From positions 72,850,001 through 72,914,000 of the forward strand of contig NC_042999.1 of the NCBI RefSeq assembly GCF_006345805.1: a stretch of 64,000 nt of DNA. Direction: 5' to 3'. The position numbers were made by a program, and so were the translations under genes. The notes under the pieces were generated by a model. It had not been told where the DNA came from. It saw nothing but the letters and a program-made list of their open reading frames with translations, and made no database searches. This DNA is from Octopus sinensis. Its lineage: Eukaryota. The first letter of the stretch is position 1. Each line of letters begins with the position of its first letter. This document shows, piece by piece, positions 1-11,830 of the stretch.

Positions 1-199
1 CATAGAAAATAGATGTTAAAGGATGATGATGTACATCCATTTCGTTTTTGTTGTTTTAGTTTTTGAAGTTGCCTATTATCGAATGCTCATGTGGACCTTT
101 CATTTTCTTCTGATAATGATCTGGAGTATTTAATTTATGGATCATCTTTACCCTTGGATTATGTTACACCTTTGAATCCTCTCAGAGTATGTCAATTGA

Positions 200-598
200 G
201 GACAGTTTGTGTATGGACAAGGGCAGCTGCATAAAGAAGTGCTGATCTGTGACTGTGGAGGGGACCTGTGAGAGATGTAGACCCAAGAAGACATGAGATG
301 AGGTGGTGAAATATGATCTTCAGATGTTGAGTCTCACAGAGGTGATGACAAGTGACTGAAACTTTTGGCGATTTGCTGTACTTGAGAAGACATGTGAAGC
401 TAAGTGAAATCATGGTTGTGGCCAGTGCTGGTGACACATAAATGGCACCCACTACACTCTGTGCAGTGGTTGGCATTAGGAAGGACATCCAGCTGTAGAC
501 ACCAAATCAAAACAGACTGGAGCCTGGTGCAACTCTCCAGCTTACCAGTTCCCATCAAACCGTCTAACCCATGCCAACATGGTAAACAGATACTAAAT
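200..598 (+). mobile_element. RTE-clade LINE 3' end (decayed ORF2 C-terminus plus 3' UTR)
   Basis: Stop-riddled frame reads ...VEGTCERCRPKKT*DEVVKYDLQMLSLTEVMTSD..., matching the intact 6190-6681 ORF. It is followed by the shared RTE tail (gcacccactacactc...acccatgccaacatgg). Confidence 0.75.
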
Positions 599-630
599 GT
601 ATGTATGTATGTATGTATGTGTATATATAT

Positions 631-667
<37 letters not shown>

Positions 668-686
668 TTGTGTATAAATGTGTGTG

Positions 687-1015
687 TGTGGTTAAGAAGT
701 TTGTTTCACAACCACATAGTTTCAGGTTATGAATTAATCTTGTGGATAGAAACTGAAAGAAGCTTGTCATATGTGTCTGTTCATATCTCTTTGTCATGGC
801 TTGGGCACAGATTTTAAATAATGTCACTGTCATGCAAGTGGTCTTGTTGCAATTCTCTGTGGAAACATGTTCTGCTATTGTGCAAAAATGTTACTTTGCT
901 TGGAAACAGATGAAGATTGGTGACATAGCACCTTGCTGAAGAAAGTCTGTTCCAGCATATTTTATCTGATTCATGCAAGTATGGGAAAGTGGAAGTTAAA
1001 ATGATGATGATGATT
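687..1015 (+). mobile_element. tRNA-head SINE with RTE-like tail
   Basis: Head gtggttaagaag...caaccacat recurs at 8082, 31866 and (reverse) 2410; the copy ends in a (gat)n tail. Confidence 0.65.
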
Positions 1016-1086
1016 TGTATCTGTGTTTGTTTGTGTGTAAGCATATGCATGTGTGTTTCTTTGTTTGTATATGTAAAAGTTAGGTT

Positions 1087-1420
1087 AAATCATCATCATC
1101 ATCATTGTTTAACACTCGCTTTCCATGCTAGCATGGGTTGGATGATTTGACAGGTCTGGCAAACCAGATGGCTGCACCAGACTCCAATCTGATCTGGCAG
1201 AGTTTCTACAGCTGGATGCCCTTCCTAATGCCAACCACTCTGAGAGTGTAGTGGGTGCTTTTACGTGCCACCAGCACGAGGGCCAGTCAGGCGGTACTGG
1301 CAACGGCCATGCTCAGATGGTACTTTTTATGTGCCACCTGCACAGGAGCCAGTCCAGCAGCTCTGGCAACGACCTTGCTTCGAATGTTTTTGATGTGCCA
1401 CCAGCACATAAGTCAATAAA
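1087..1420 (-). mobile_element. RTE 3' UTR / RTE-tailed SINE fragment
   Basis: Reverse complement of 6865-7255 with a (cat)n tail; similar copies at 13775, 22110, 29610 and 61230. Confidence 0.7.
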
Positions 1421-2046
1421 AACAGGCTCCCAAATTTCAAGCAAGTTTGATAAGTACCATGCACAAAACTCTTGGCCTGTCAGTCACTTTGTAACTTCTG
1501 ATTAAAAATAATGTGTGTGTTTGTGAAGGCATGTGGTCTAGTGGTTAGGGTATTGCACTCTTGATTGCAAGATTGTTGTTTTGATCTCTCTGCAATCACT
1601 TTGACACCTGATGTGTGACCCATTGTACACCTGACAGGCAATGTTGATTGGATGGCTGAGTGGACTAATGTGCAGCACTAACATTTGATCCCTATAAACA
1701 AATCATCTTTGCAGGTTGTTCAGCAAAAAATCGTAGAACCCTCATCTGTTATCTATGGTAGAAGGGTCCACCATAAAAAAAAGCACTCAGTCCACTCTGT
1801 AGGATGGTTGGTGTTAGGAAGGGCATCCAGCCATTAAAACCATGCCAAAACAGACACTGTAGCTTGGCCAACTCCTATCAAACTGTCCAACCTATGCCAG
1901 CATGGAAGGTAGGTGTTAAACAATGATGATGAGATTATATATATATACATATCATCATCGTTTAACGTCCGTTTTCCGCGCTAGCACGGGTTGGACATAT
2001 ATACCTATACATATATACACATACATACATACATACATCTGTATAT

Positions 2047-2410
2047 ATTCTTTTACTTGTTTCAGTCATTTGACTGTGGCCATGCTGGAGTACCCCCTTT
2101 AGTTGAACGAACTGACTCCAGGACTTGTTCTCTGTAAGCCTAGTACTTATTCTATTGGTTTCTTTTGCTGAACCACTAAGTTACAGGGAAGTAAACACAC
2201 CATTGGCTGTCAAGCGATGGTGGGGGTACAAACACAGACACACAAATATATATATATGATGGGCTTCTTTGTTTCCGTCTACCAAATCCACTCACAAGGC
2301 TTTGGTTGGCCTGAGGCTATAGAAGGCACTTGCTCAAGTTACCATGCAGTGGGACTAGATCTGGAACCATGTGGTTGGGAAGCAAGCTTTTTACCACACA
2401 GCCATGCCTA
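2047..2410 (-). mobile_element. Bipartite SINE (tRNA head, central microsatellite, conserved tail)
   Basis: Same architecture as the + copies at 8082-8480 and 31866-32232 and the - copy at 36005-36315; tail-only copies at 21890 and 63790. Confidence 0.7.
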
Positions 2411-2779
2411 TCATTATCATCGCCATCATTTAACATCTTATTTTCCATGCTGGCATGAGTTTGACAGGAGCTGGCCAGCTGAGGAGTTGCCCAAGTTCCA
2501 TGTCTGTTTTGGCATGGTTTTTATGGCTGGATGTCCTTCCTAATGCCAACCACTTTACAGAGTATACTGGGTGCTTTTACTCAGTACCAGTACAGGTGCA
2601 TTTACGTGGCACCAGCACCCACTAGCCCACAAGATTATGAAGGCTCAGCTGGAGAGGGATGCTAGGGATATGCCTGTATGCAAGGGCAACCTTGATTTTA
2701 CTTAACTTGATGTGTCTTCTCAAGTACAGCAAACCGCTAGGAGTCTTGGTCTCTTGAGATCCAACTTCTAAAGATCCTG

Positions 2780-3830
2780 TAGATATATATTGATTTGTGT
2801 GGGCATATATATCATTAGTTTCCTGTGAATGGCAGTTTACAATTACCACTGGTCTGTTCTCTATCACTCAGAAGGGCCTCACTGTTGAAACCTGTTCTGT
2901 CCTTGATTTTGACAGGCCAAGATTTTCTCTGCCTCTCCTACAGTTGAGCTTGAGCACTTGGAATCTATGTTTTATGTCAGCTGTGTGTGTCTGGCTTTCA
3001 TACCCATACAAAAAAGATTCAAAACCACCAGTCTTGTATAATTGGAGCTTTGTTGGAAACCTGATGGAATTGCTTTTCCATATGATGTTCAACTTTGTCA
3101 TAGCAGATGAAGCCAGGGCAAATCTTTTGTTTCTTCCATTGAGCTACTGTCTTTACACAAAGTGCTTACATGGTATATATATTTGTTCACTTCTTTTTTA
3201 CTATCCAGCATGATATTGATTGCTGCATTGTGGTCGTGGCTTTTGGTTAGAAGGTCTTACTCTTTTCCAAACGGTTTTCTTTCCCATACACTCTTGAGGA
3301 TCTGTTCAAACTTAGTGAGTTCATGGAGTACTGCTTTGTTGCTTCTCTTTAAGCTGATATTGTCTGCAAGATACAGGTTGCAAGGGGGTCATCTTCTGAT
3401 GGAAATGCAAGTGAAGTCACATAGTGTCCTCTGCTTGATGTTTTTCAGGAAGATGTTGAAAAGAACTGGGGAGAAGAGACAGCCTTGGTAAAACTTTAAT
3501 TGTTGTCCCAAAGTCAAGATAGCTGAATTTTTTAGATTTTTGTACAGTGCTTGAATCACTTCAATGTGGTTGCTGTCAAAGTAGTAGTTGCGCATCACTT
3601 TCTGCTAAACCATCATGTCAGTTATGGTCTGAGGCTTTTTGGGAGTCAATGAAGTTGTAATAGAGGTATGTTGTTGTTGGAAAAGTGTCTTGATCAGCAG
3701 TTTGTTAAAAATCTGTTGTGATGTGCTCCTTTTTTTTTATCCAAATCCTAACTGTTCAGTTAGGTTTTCTTTTGCCTTCCATTTAAGTCTCTGGTAGAGT
3801 TGTATTTCTTGAGAGGGTGTCACCAAGGAT
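2780..3830 (-). pseudogene. Decayed RTE/BovB-like reverse transcriptase fragment
   Basis: Track ORFs contain QGCLFSPVLFNIFL (RT motif) and IWKSNSIRFPTKLQLYK...FLYGYES (RTE C-terminal region); the frame is broken by stops and frameshifts. Confidence 0.8.
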
Positions 3831-4207
3831 TTTGGTATTTGTGGTATATGTGTGGATGTATGTGTGTATATGAACACACACACACACATGGAGCTGAGGA
3901 ACTGAAGAAGGCGTACAGTTGCTAATGTGAATGGAATGCTCTTTTCATTTCTTGTCTGGAGTGATGTTTTCTGACCTGGACACTCACCAAGTAAGAAGGC
4001 ACTTCAAGGTAAAGGTCTGGTGATCTCTTTAACCATTTTGGCAATCTCCTTCATTGTGAAACAAACTCAGTTGTGTTGACTTCATCTTCTTGCTGGGCAT
4101 GCTGTGTTAGTACAAGGAAGTGAGTTTAGTGTGCAAGCAGTTATTTCTCACTAGTGTAGAAGAAAACCTTGCAGTAGTCTAGCTAAAGTTCAATGGGCAA
4201 ACTATCA

Positions 4208-4240
<33 letters not shown>

Positions 4241-4989
4241 GCTAGCATGGAAAACGGACGCTAAACGACGATGATGATGATGATGATGATGATAAAATAA
4301 AATGGAACAAGAACGCAAAACATCCGGACAACTAGGTGATACAAAAAGGGACAACAAAACATCCAGATAGACGATACAAAAAAACAAGGACGGGTCATTT
4401 GAAGCTTTCTATCTTCAGTCAAGAACCAGATCATCCTTACAATTTCGGCTGATTAATCTTTTGTTGACTCATTGGTCTGTGGCTATGCTGGGGTACCATA
4501 TTACCTATTTTATTGGTCTGATTTAGCTGAATTGCTAAGTTACAGTACATATGCCCACAATGGTAAGAGACCTGTCCCCCACCATACATTAAATCTAAAT
4601 CTATATGCGCACACACACATATATCCACTCACACAAACATACAACTTCTGCACTATTTCCAACTACCATATTCACTCAAGGCATTGGTTGTTCCTTAGGC
4701 TACAGTAGAAGAATCCAGTGTGTTATGCTGTGTGATTGAACTTGAAGTTACATGGTTGTAAATCAAACATTTTAACCATGCAATTTTTTTCACACTTATC
4801 TTTTTACATCCATTTTCTATGCTGGCATAGGTAGAGCAGTTTGAAAGGATCCAGCAAGTCCAAGGACTGCATTTTGCTCTAGTATCTGCTTTGGAATGGT
4901 CTCTATAGCTGGAAACCAACGATTTAAACAGAGGATGCAAGGTGTGTTTTTCATAGAACCATGCTGCTTGGAAGATTAAGACCATTTCC

Positions 4990-5860
4990 AACTAAGTTTG
5001 GTTACAGTTGAGAGGAAAATGGTTTATGCTTGGAGAGGAAAGGCTAAAGTATGAAAGAGAGAGCCATAACAGGTTTCTTGTAGAAGAGTGGGTGAGTGTA
5101 ACCAGAGTGGAGTTGGAAAGAGAAATATGATAGTGGTGATGAGATGTGAGGGTGGTGTCCCAAGGTACAAGTGGACAGAAGTGAGTGGGGACAAGAACTG
5201 AGAGTGCTTGAGAAGAGAGTGTAGAATGGTTAGAGGTGAGGAATGGATGAAGGGATCAAATATAATGAATGAAGAACAAGGGCTGAGGAGTGGTCAATGA
5301 TGAATGTGTTGGAGGGAAGTTAGGAATAGGTGATGACTGGAGCTTGGGTAGAGTTGAAGGGCTGAAGTAGTAAATGGTGGACAAGGTTGATGAGGTAATT
5401 GATGAATACATATGAATTGGAAGAGAAGGTAGGGGAGTGTAGTTGATGAATGACATCACACAAAGTGTTGAAGAGCTGTAGAATAGTAAGAATAACACAG
5501 TCAATAGGGGAAGAATGAGAGAAAGGGTAATGAACTGTGAATGGATTGGTTGCAAGAGTATGAGGGGAGAGACAAGTAGTGCATGGGGTGAGTAAGAGCT
5601 GTATGATAGTGGAGAAAGAGAGATAATCGGAGAATACAGAATGGTGATCAATATAAAATGTGGGTGGAGAGTGACAAAATTAACAATGATGGATGAAGTT
5701 CAAGTGAAGCAATTCCGTTAAAAAGATGATGAACTGCGCAGTTTTGTACTCATTTAATTACAGCAGTATAATATTGGGGTTTGGTTAGTGATGGAGTGGG
5801 TCACTAATAGAGAGACGATGAGTAATGGGGAAGGCTTAAAGGGGAAATTGAGTGAGGGTG
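4990..5860. other. Purine-rich low-complexity tract, possibly a heavily decayed LINE
   Basis: Strong G/A strand skew; the - strand ORF is Ser/Pro/Leu/Thr-rich with no motif I can recognise. Confidence 0.25.
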
Positions 5861-6235
5861 CTGTGCTTCCAGAATCTCAGTTTTGGCTAAACGAGCAGGT
5901 CTTCTGATGTACTACTTATCTCCAGTCATGTTTGTCTGTTTTTGTCTCCTCCAATGAGTTTAAAATCCTGAGATCAGATTTCACAACTTTATCCCATGTC
6001 TTCCTGGATCTTCCTCTTCCATAAGCTCCATTCAAATTGTTATCAGCACATCTTTATACAGTTCATATATGCATCCCACCTCTTATGTACAATTTTTCTA
6101 TGTATATTTATGTACATGGATATTTAAACATCCACATACATAATATGTGTGTGTGTGTGTGTGTGCTATATCTATAGCAGTCATGGCCCATGTTTCACTG
6201 CCATGTAGCATGGCTGTTCGTACACATGTGTTATA

Positions 6236-7255
6236 TAGGTAGAATGTACGACACATGTGTACGAACAGCCATACTACATGGCAGTAAAACATGGGCTGTG
6301 ACTGCTGAGGACATGCGTGAGCTCACATGGAATGAAGCCAGCATGCTCCAATGGATGTGTAATGTCAGTGTGCATACTCGACAGAGTGTTAGTGCCTTGA
6401 GAGAAAGGTTAGACCTAAGAAGCATCAGATGTGGTGTGCAAGAGAGACGACTGCGCTGGAATGGTCATGTGGCAAGAATGGATGTGGATAGCTGTGTGAA
6501 AAAGTGCCACACCCTAGCAGTTGAGGGAACCTGTGGAAGAGGTAGACCCAGGAAGACTTGGGATGAGGTGGTGAAGCATGACCATCAAACATTGGGCCTC
6601 CCCGAGGCAATGACTAGTGACCGGGACCTCTGGAAATATGCTGTGCTTGCGAAGACTTGGCAAACGCAAGTGAGACCATAACCTTGTGGCCTATGCCAGG
6701 GGTATAACCAGTCCACTTATGCGTGCCTTCCCTTTATTGGACATTAAACTCTGCTTGTGAAGATCAGTTGAGGCAAGTGAAAAGTCAACATCAAACTCGA
6801 TTGTGAGAAATCAAACTCGTTGACTGGCATCCGTTGCTAGTGGAGCTCTAAGAGTACCATACAAATGAGATCGTTGCCAGAGCAACAAGCAGGCCTCCGT
6901 GCCGATGGCACGTTAAAAACACCATTCGAGCGTGATCGTTACCTGCGTCACCTTACTAGCACTTGTGCTGGTGGCACGTGCAAAAAACATTTGAGCGAGG
7001 TCGTTGCCAGTGCTGCTGGACTGGCTCCTGTGCAGGTGGCACATAAAAAGCGTCATTTGAGCGTGGCCGTTGCCAGTACCACCTAACTGGCCCTTGCACC
7101 GGTGGCATGTAAAAGCACCCACTACACTCTCGGAGTGGTTGGTGTTAGGAAGGGCATCCAGCTGTAGAAACTGCCAGATCAGATTGGAGTCTGGTTCGCC
7201 AGACCTCAGTCAAATCATCCAACCTTGCTAGCATGGAAAGCGGACGTTAAATGAT
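6236..7255 (+). mobile_element. 5'-truncated RTE LINE: ORF2 C-terminus plus complete 3' UTR
   Basis: ORF 6190-6681 reads YDTCVRTAILHGSKTW...ERRLRWNGHVARM...GRGRPRKTWDEVVKHD, typical of the RTE C-terminus. The 3' UTR has internal repeats and ends ggacgttaaatgatga. Confidence 0.88.
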
Positions 7256-8081
7256 GACACATACATATATATGGTGCCATGTAAAAAGTACTGGTGATGG
7301 AGCCATGTAAAAAGCACTAGTGATGGTGCCACATAAAAAGTACCCAGTGCACTCTGTAAAAGCGGTTGGCATTAGGAGAGGCATTTAGCCCTAGAAATCA
7401 TACCAGAACAGACAGTGGAGCTTGGTGTGCCCCCCCCCCACCTTACTAGCTCCTGTCAGACCATCCAATTTATGTTAAATGATTATGATAACACACACAC
7501 ATGCATGTATTTATGTGTATATATGTGTGTGCATGTGCATATATATGCCTCCTACTTCATGCATTATGCTTGCCTCTTTCCCCTTCTCTGGGCCCTATAG
7601 ACTACTCATCTAGGTCATATCTCTCTTGTCCACTCACCTGTGACTACCATTTTTGATACTCCTGCAACCCACCCACTTTTACTCAGCTGGTGCCTTATGG
7701 AATCACTTGGGCACCTCATCACCATTATCTGACTCTCACAGCTCCTGGTCATTTTCTCTTTTTCCCCTTTCTCCACTAGATGTGAGTGGCCATACATATC
7801 TTTCTACTGGATCCTTCCTTGGAATCTGTTTGTCTCCTAGTATGAAGTTGACCCTACTACCTCCCCCAGGCTTGCAGTCCTGTAAACTGCATGGCGATCT
7901 CAATAGTGCAGCTGGCATGGAAAAATCATCCTGTCCACGCTGTAACATCATTGGTGTTACGAAGGATATCCAGCTGTAAAAACTATGCCAAAGCAAACAA
8001 TGGAGCTTGATGCAGTTCTTAGACACATTGGATCCTGTCAAACCATCTAACCCATGCCAGTATGGAACATGGTCATGGATC

Positions 8082-8214
8082 TGTCGTAAGGAATTTGCTT
8101 CCTAACCACATGGTTCTGGGTTCAGTCCCACTGCATGGCGCCTTGGGCAAGTGTTTTCTGCTATAACCTTGGGAGTGGATTTGGTAGACAGAAATTGAGA
8201 GAAGCTTATCATAT

Positions 8215-8284
<70 letters not shown>

Positions 8285-8480
8285 GTGTGTGTCTTTATGT
8301 TTGTCCCATACCACTGCTTGTTGGTTTGTTTATGTTCCTGTAACATAACAGTTCTGCAAAATAAAACCCATAAAATAAGTACCAGGCTTAAAAAGAAAAG
8401 AAGTACTAGGGTTGATTTGTTCGACTAAAACCTTCAATGTGGTGCCCCAGCATGGCCACAATCTAATGACTGAAACAAAT
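8082..8480 (+). mobile_element. Bipartite tRNA-head SINE with internal (TA)n
   Basis: Head and tail match 31866-32232; (TA)n at about 8224-8273. Confidence 0.7.
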
Positions 8481-9020
8481 ATATGAGAAAATATGAGAAA
8501 CACACAGAATACATTATAGCAGCAGAATTAAAACCTTGATGCATCAGTAATATGATATTTGAACTGGCTGACAAGAAAGTGTTAACTATGCAAATTAATC
8601 TATCCAAAGTACTCTAGTCACTAATGCCAGTGGGTTTATAAGCAGTGTGTTTGTGTTTGTGGATTGTTAATGAGGGTGCACAGCTGCTGACTAGACTCCA
8701 AGCTGAGTTGAAATCTTCAGTATATACAGCTGTTCCTTCTTTTTCTGAATGCAATTGTGAATATGGATGTAAGCATTATAAATGTTTACATCCATCATAA
8801 CAAACAATGTTGACTAAAAGTGTTCTGTAGTACTTTATAGCAATTATGTAATTAATTATATGCATCATCTATAGGGCTGTCTATACCTGGATATATACAT
8901 ATATATAATTTAGAGAGAAACCTATTAAACAATTCAATAAAGAAGGATGTTATTCGCACCATATAGAAAACATATACTATAATAAAAACCTTATTCTAAA
9001 AATCAATAAAGTACAATAAA

Positions 9021-9416
9021 TCTTTATATATAAAAGTGAGGTTGTGTGCTTCTGTCTCCTACGATTTAGATTCCTAGCTACTCCCACATTTTGCGGTGCA
9101 GTTTAACCAAAACCGGGTATCTTATAGTCGTGATTCATATCGAGCCCTTCTGGGTATTAGCGCGCGTCTACGATGAGTCTACGATTTAAAAAAAAATTTA
9201 CCATCAATTTTTCCCATTTTTAATGCATTTTTGGCATATATAAGGGAAGTAACTCTCTAAAAATTTATTATTAAATCTCAATGTAAAAAGCTACAGGAAC
9301 CCCCCCCCCCCTTTGTGGTTAGCCATATTGAGATGGCTATTATACTTTACATCTCTAAAAATGCTTATATAGTTATTTCCCTTACAAACCCGAGCAACGC
9401 TGGGTGATACTGCTAG
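9021..9416 (+). mobile_element. Non-autonomous Helitron
   Basis: 5' TC(TTTATATATAAAAG), 3' hairpin cccgagcaacgctggg then CTAG; inserted between A (9020) and T (9417) with no TSD. Confidence 0.8.
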
Positions 9417-9668
9417 TAGTAAATAAATAGTAAATAGTCTTTTTACTACTATTTACTATTTATTGTACTTTATTGATTTTTATAATAAGGTTTTTTTTTA
9501 TAGTATATGTTTTCTATATGGTGTAAATAACATCTTTCTTTATTGAATTGTTTAATAGAGGTTTTTCTCTAAATAATATATATATATTATATATTGTGAA
9601 ATTTGATTTAAAATTGTTAAATTGAATTTTTCCCTGTAAGTTTTGGAATTATATTCCCTAATATTATT

Positions 9669-10129
9669 GAGTGAGAAAGCAGTGCATGCCATCAAAGTGA
9701 CACTGGGGTAAAATATACGAAGCCCAGTATACCCATCATGACTACCCGTCTGATAAGGGTACACCAGGCACATGCATCACAACCATACGTGCAGGACATG
9801 GTGATCTCATATCAAGATAAACAGCGCACGACCTTGCAGGTGGGGCCCAGTTAGAATTTTCTGCTGGTCGAGTAGCCCATCCCACTCAAAAGGTCCCTGA
9901 ATAAGGATTATTTAAGGATGTTGAACGAACCACCCATGTTTCCAAAGGTGAATTATCCAAACCCCAAAGAATTCCTCTCAACACATGGCTATGATGCACT
10001 CCCACTACTTCTCCTCATGATCAGAGCTGCACATATCGTCAGCCACTAAGGGACATGGTTAACTGGTTAAGGTCAAACAACTGACAAGCAAATCTGTGGT
10101 ATTGAGCAGAATATTTGCTGTAGCCCATC

Positions 10130-10133
<4 letters not shown>
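9669..10133 (-). mobile_element. 5'-truncated non-LTR retroelement/SINE embedded in (TAA)n (R4/Dong-like, tentative)
   Basis: Highly similar to 55235-55826 over its whole length; ATT repeats at both ends; - strand 3' end is ...ctcactc(aat)n. Confidence 0.65.
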
Positions 10134-10172
<39 letters not shown>

Positions 10173-10189
10173 ATATATATATATATATA

Positions 10190-10449
10190 TATTACGGAGA
10201 TGTACTCGCATAGCAAGTAATTTGATCTGAGATCGTGTGCTGAAACGAAAACAATTGCAGCGTGGATTTGTCAAAATATTTTCGTTGCTAAAATCCGCGA
10301 CCTGTTCACTGACAAAAATGTCAGTGAACAGGTCGTGGATTTTAGCGACGAAAATATTTTAACAATTAAACTTAAATGTTGAAGTGAATCGAACGGCTTT
10401 TGTGTGTTTCTTAAATGGCTTATAAACACCTTCCATGCTGCAATTGTTT
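10190..10449. mobile_element. Fold-back Penelope-like terminal repeat fragment
   Basis: Inner hairpin 10268-10314/10319-10365 and outer arms aaacaattgcagcgtgga / tccatgctgcaattgttt; contains a hammerhead-shaped motif. Confidence 0.55.
10267..10317 (-). ncRNA. Minimal type I hammerhead-like ribozyme with G3-C8 core (mirror copy 10319-10365, +)
   Basis: - strand reads TTTGTCA GTGAACA G GTCGC ggatttta GCAAC GAA AATATT T TGACAAA: 7-bp stem I, 7-nt core, stem II, GAAA and a palindromic mini stem III. Confidence 0.5.
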
Positions 10450-10513
10450 ATATATATATATATATAATAAAAGCATGACCCAAAATCTATGTAAATAGTA
10501 TAGAATTATATAT

Positions 10514-10565
<52 letters not shown>

Positions 10566-11198
10566 TATATATATGTACACTTCTATACTATTTACATAGA
10601 TTTTGGGTCATGCTTTTATTATACTTGAACAGGCATATTTATAAGGTATGCTATGTATCTTAAAACAGTCTTTCAGTTTCTGTTTATGTATTATATGTAT
10701 TTTAAAAGCAAGGATGCTGGACAATAAGAAAATGAGAAAAAACATAGAAAAAACACATGATGATGGTTGGTGCAAAAAATGGAGTGAGAAAAAAAGAAAC
10801 AAGATCAAGAAAATAAAATCCTCGTTCTCCTTGATTGCAGAAAGCTTATTAAATATAACTGACAGAAAATTTCAAAGTCTGCGAGACAGCAACTCAATCC
10901 AGAATGGATGGTGCCTTCCAATTCAATAAAAGAAACCTGTCCATGTGTCTATACCTGATAAAAATTTCAGATCTGGAATTAAGCAGTGTCAGAATTGCTG
11001 GATCCAAGAAGAATATGAGATTTTTCTGCTATGCATAAATTGCATTTCTTAGATCCATTAACATATGGCTTGGATTTCTCCACTTAATTATATGTGGTGT
11101 GGAGCTAGCCAATGTAGTTGCATTGCATTTATTGATGTGCTGGAAAAAAATAATAGGTGGTTTGCATAGCATCTCTTGAATTTGCCCTCAAATAACCC

Positions 11199-11830
11199 AA
11201 GCTATGGACACATAAGAGGTGCACCCGGTATAAGCTAAGGACATATAAGAGGTGCTCGGTGTAAGCTATGGACGCATAAGAGGTGCAGCAATATCAAAGA
11301 AAGGCTAACTAGGAAGATAGTTTTTGTGTGTAGCAAATGCTCAGGGGCAATAAACACTGAAATTGTGCAGAAAACTGCTTCTGTCACTTTCCAGGCTGAA
11401 AAACTAGAAGTAGTTGAAAGCTTCTGTTACCTAGGTGACCAAGTCAGTAGCAGGGGAGGGTGCGCTGAAAGTGTACCTGCTAGAATAAGAATAGACTGGG
11501 CAAAGTTCAGAGAGCTCCTACCCCTGCTGGTGATAAAGGGCCTCTTGCTCAGAATAAAAGGTAGACTATATGATGCATGTGTGCGAACAACCATGCTACA
11601 AGGCAGTGAAACATGGGCTGTGACTGCTGAGGACATGCGTAAGCTTGCAAGGAATGAAGCTAGTATGCTCTGCTGGATGTGTAACATCAGTGTGCATACA
11701 TGACAGTGTAAGCGCCCTTAGAGAAAAGTTGGACATAAGCATCAGATGTGGTGTGCAAGAGAAACGACTGCGCTAGTATGGTCATGTGTTGCATATGGAT
11801 GAGGACAGCTGTGTGAAAATGTGTCACACC
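11199..11830 (+). pseudogene. RTE ORF2 fragment
   Basis: ORF 11326-11703 reads LEVVESFCYLGD...RIRIDWAKFRELLPLL...YDACVRTTMLQGSETW, the same family as 6190-6681. Confidence 0.85.

Noticed and set aside
404-833. ORFs containing YIYIYI, CVCV or RERERE runs (also at 8.1, 15.0, 25.1, 27.7, 31.8, 34.7 and 61.5 kb)
   Set aside because: They are dinucleotide microsatellites embedded in SINEs.
4400-4460. Third hammerhead (CGAAA and CTGAAGA on the - strand)
   Set aside because: The order and spacing give no stem II and no NUH site. Likewise, CTGATGA at 43160 and 44843 lacks stems, and the latter is transposase coding sequence.
6865-7255. CRISPR-like spaced repeats (gccagtgctggtggcac... units)
   Set aside because: They are irregular internal repeats of the RTE 3' UTR with non-unique spacers, in a eukaryotic context with no cas genes.
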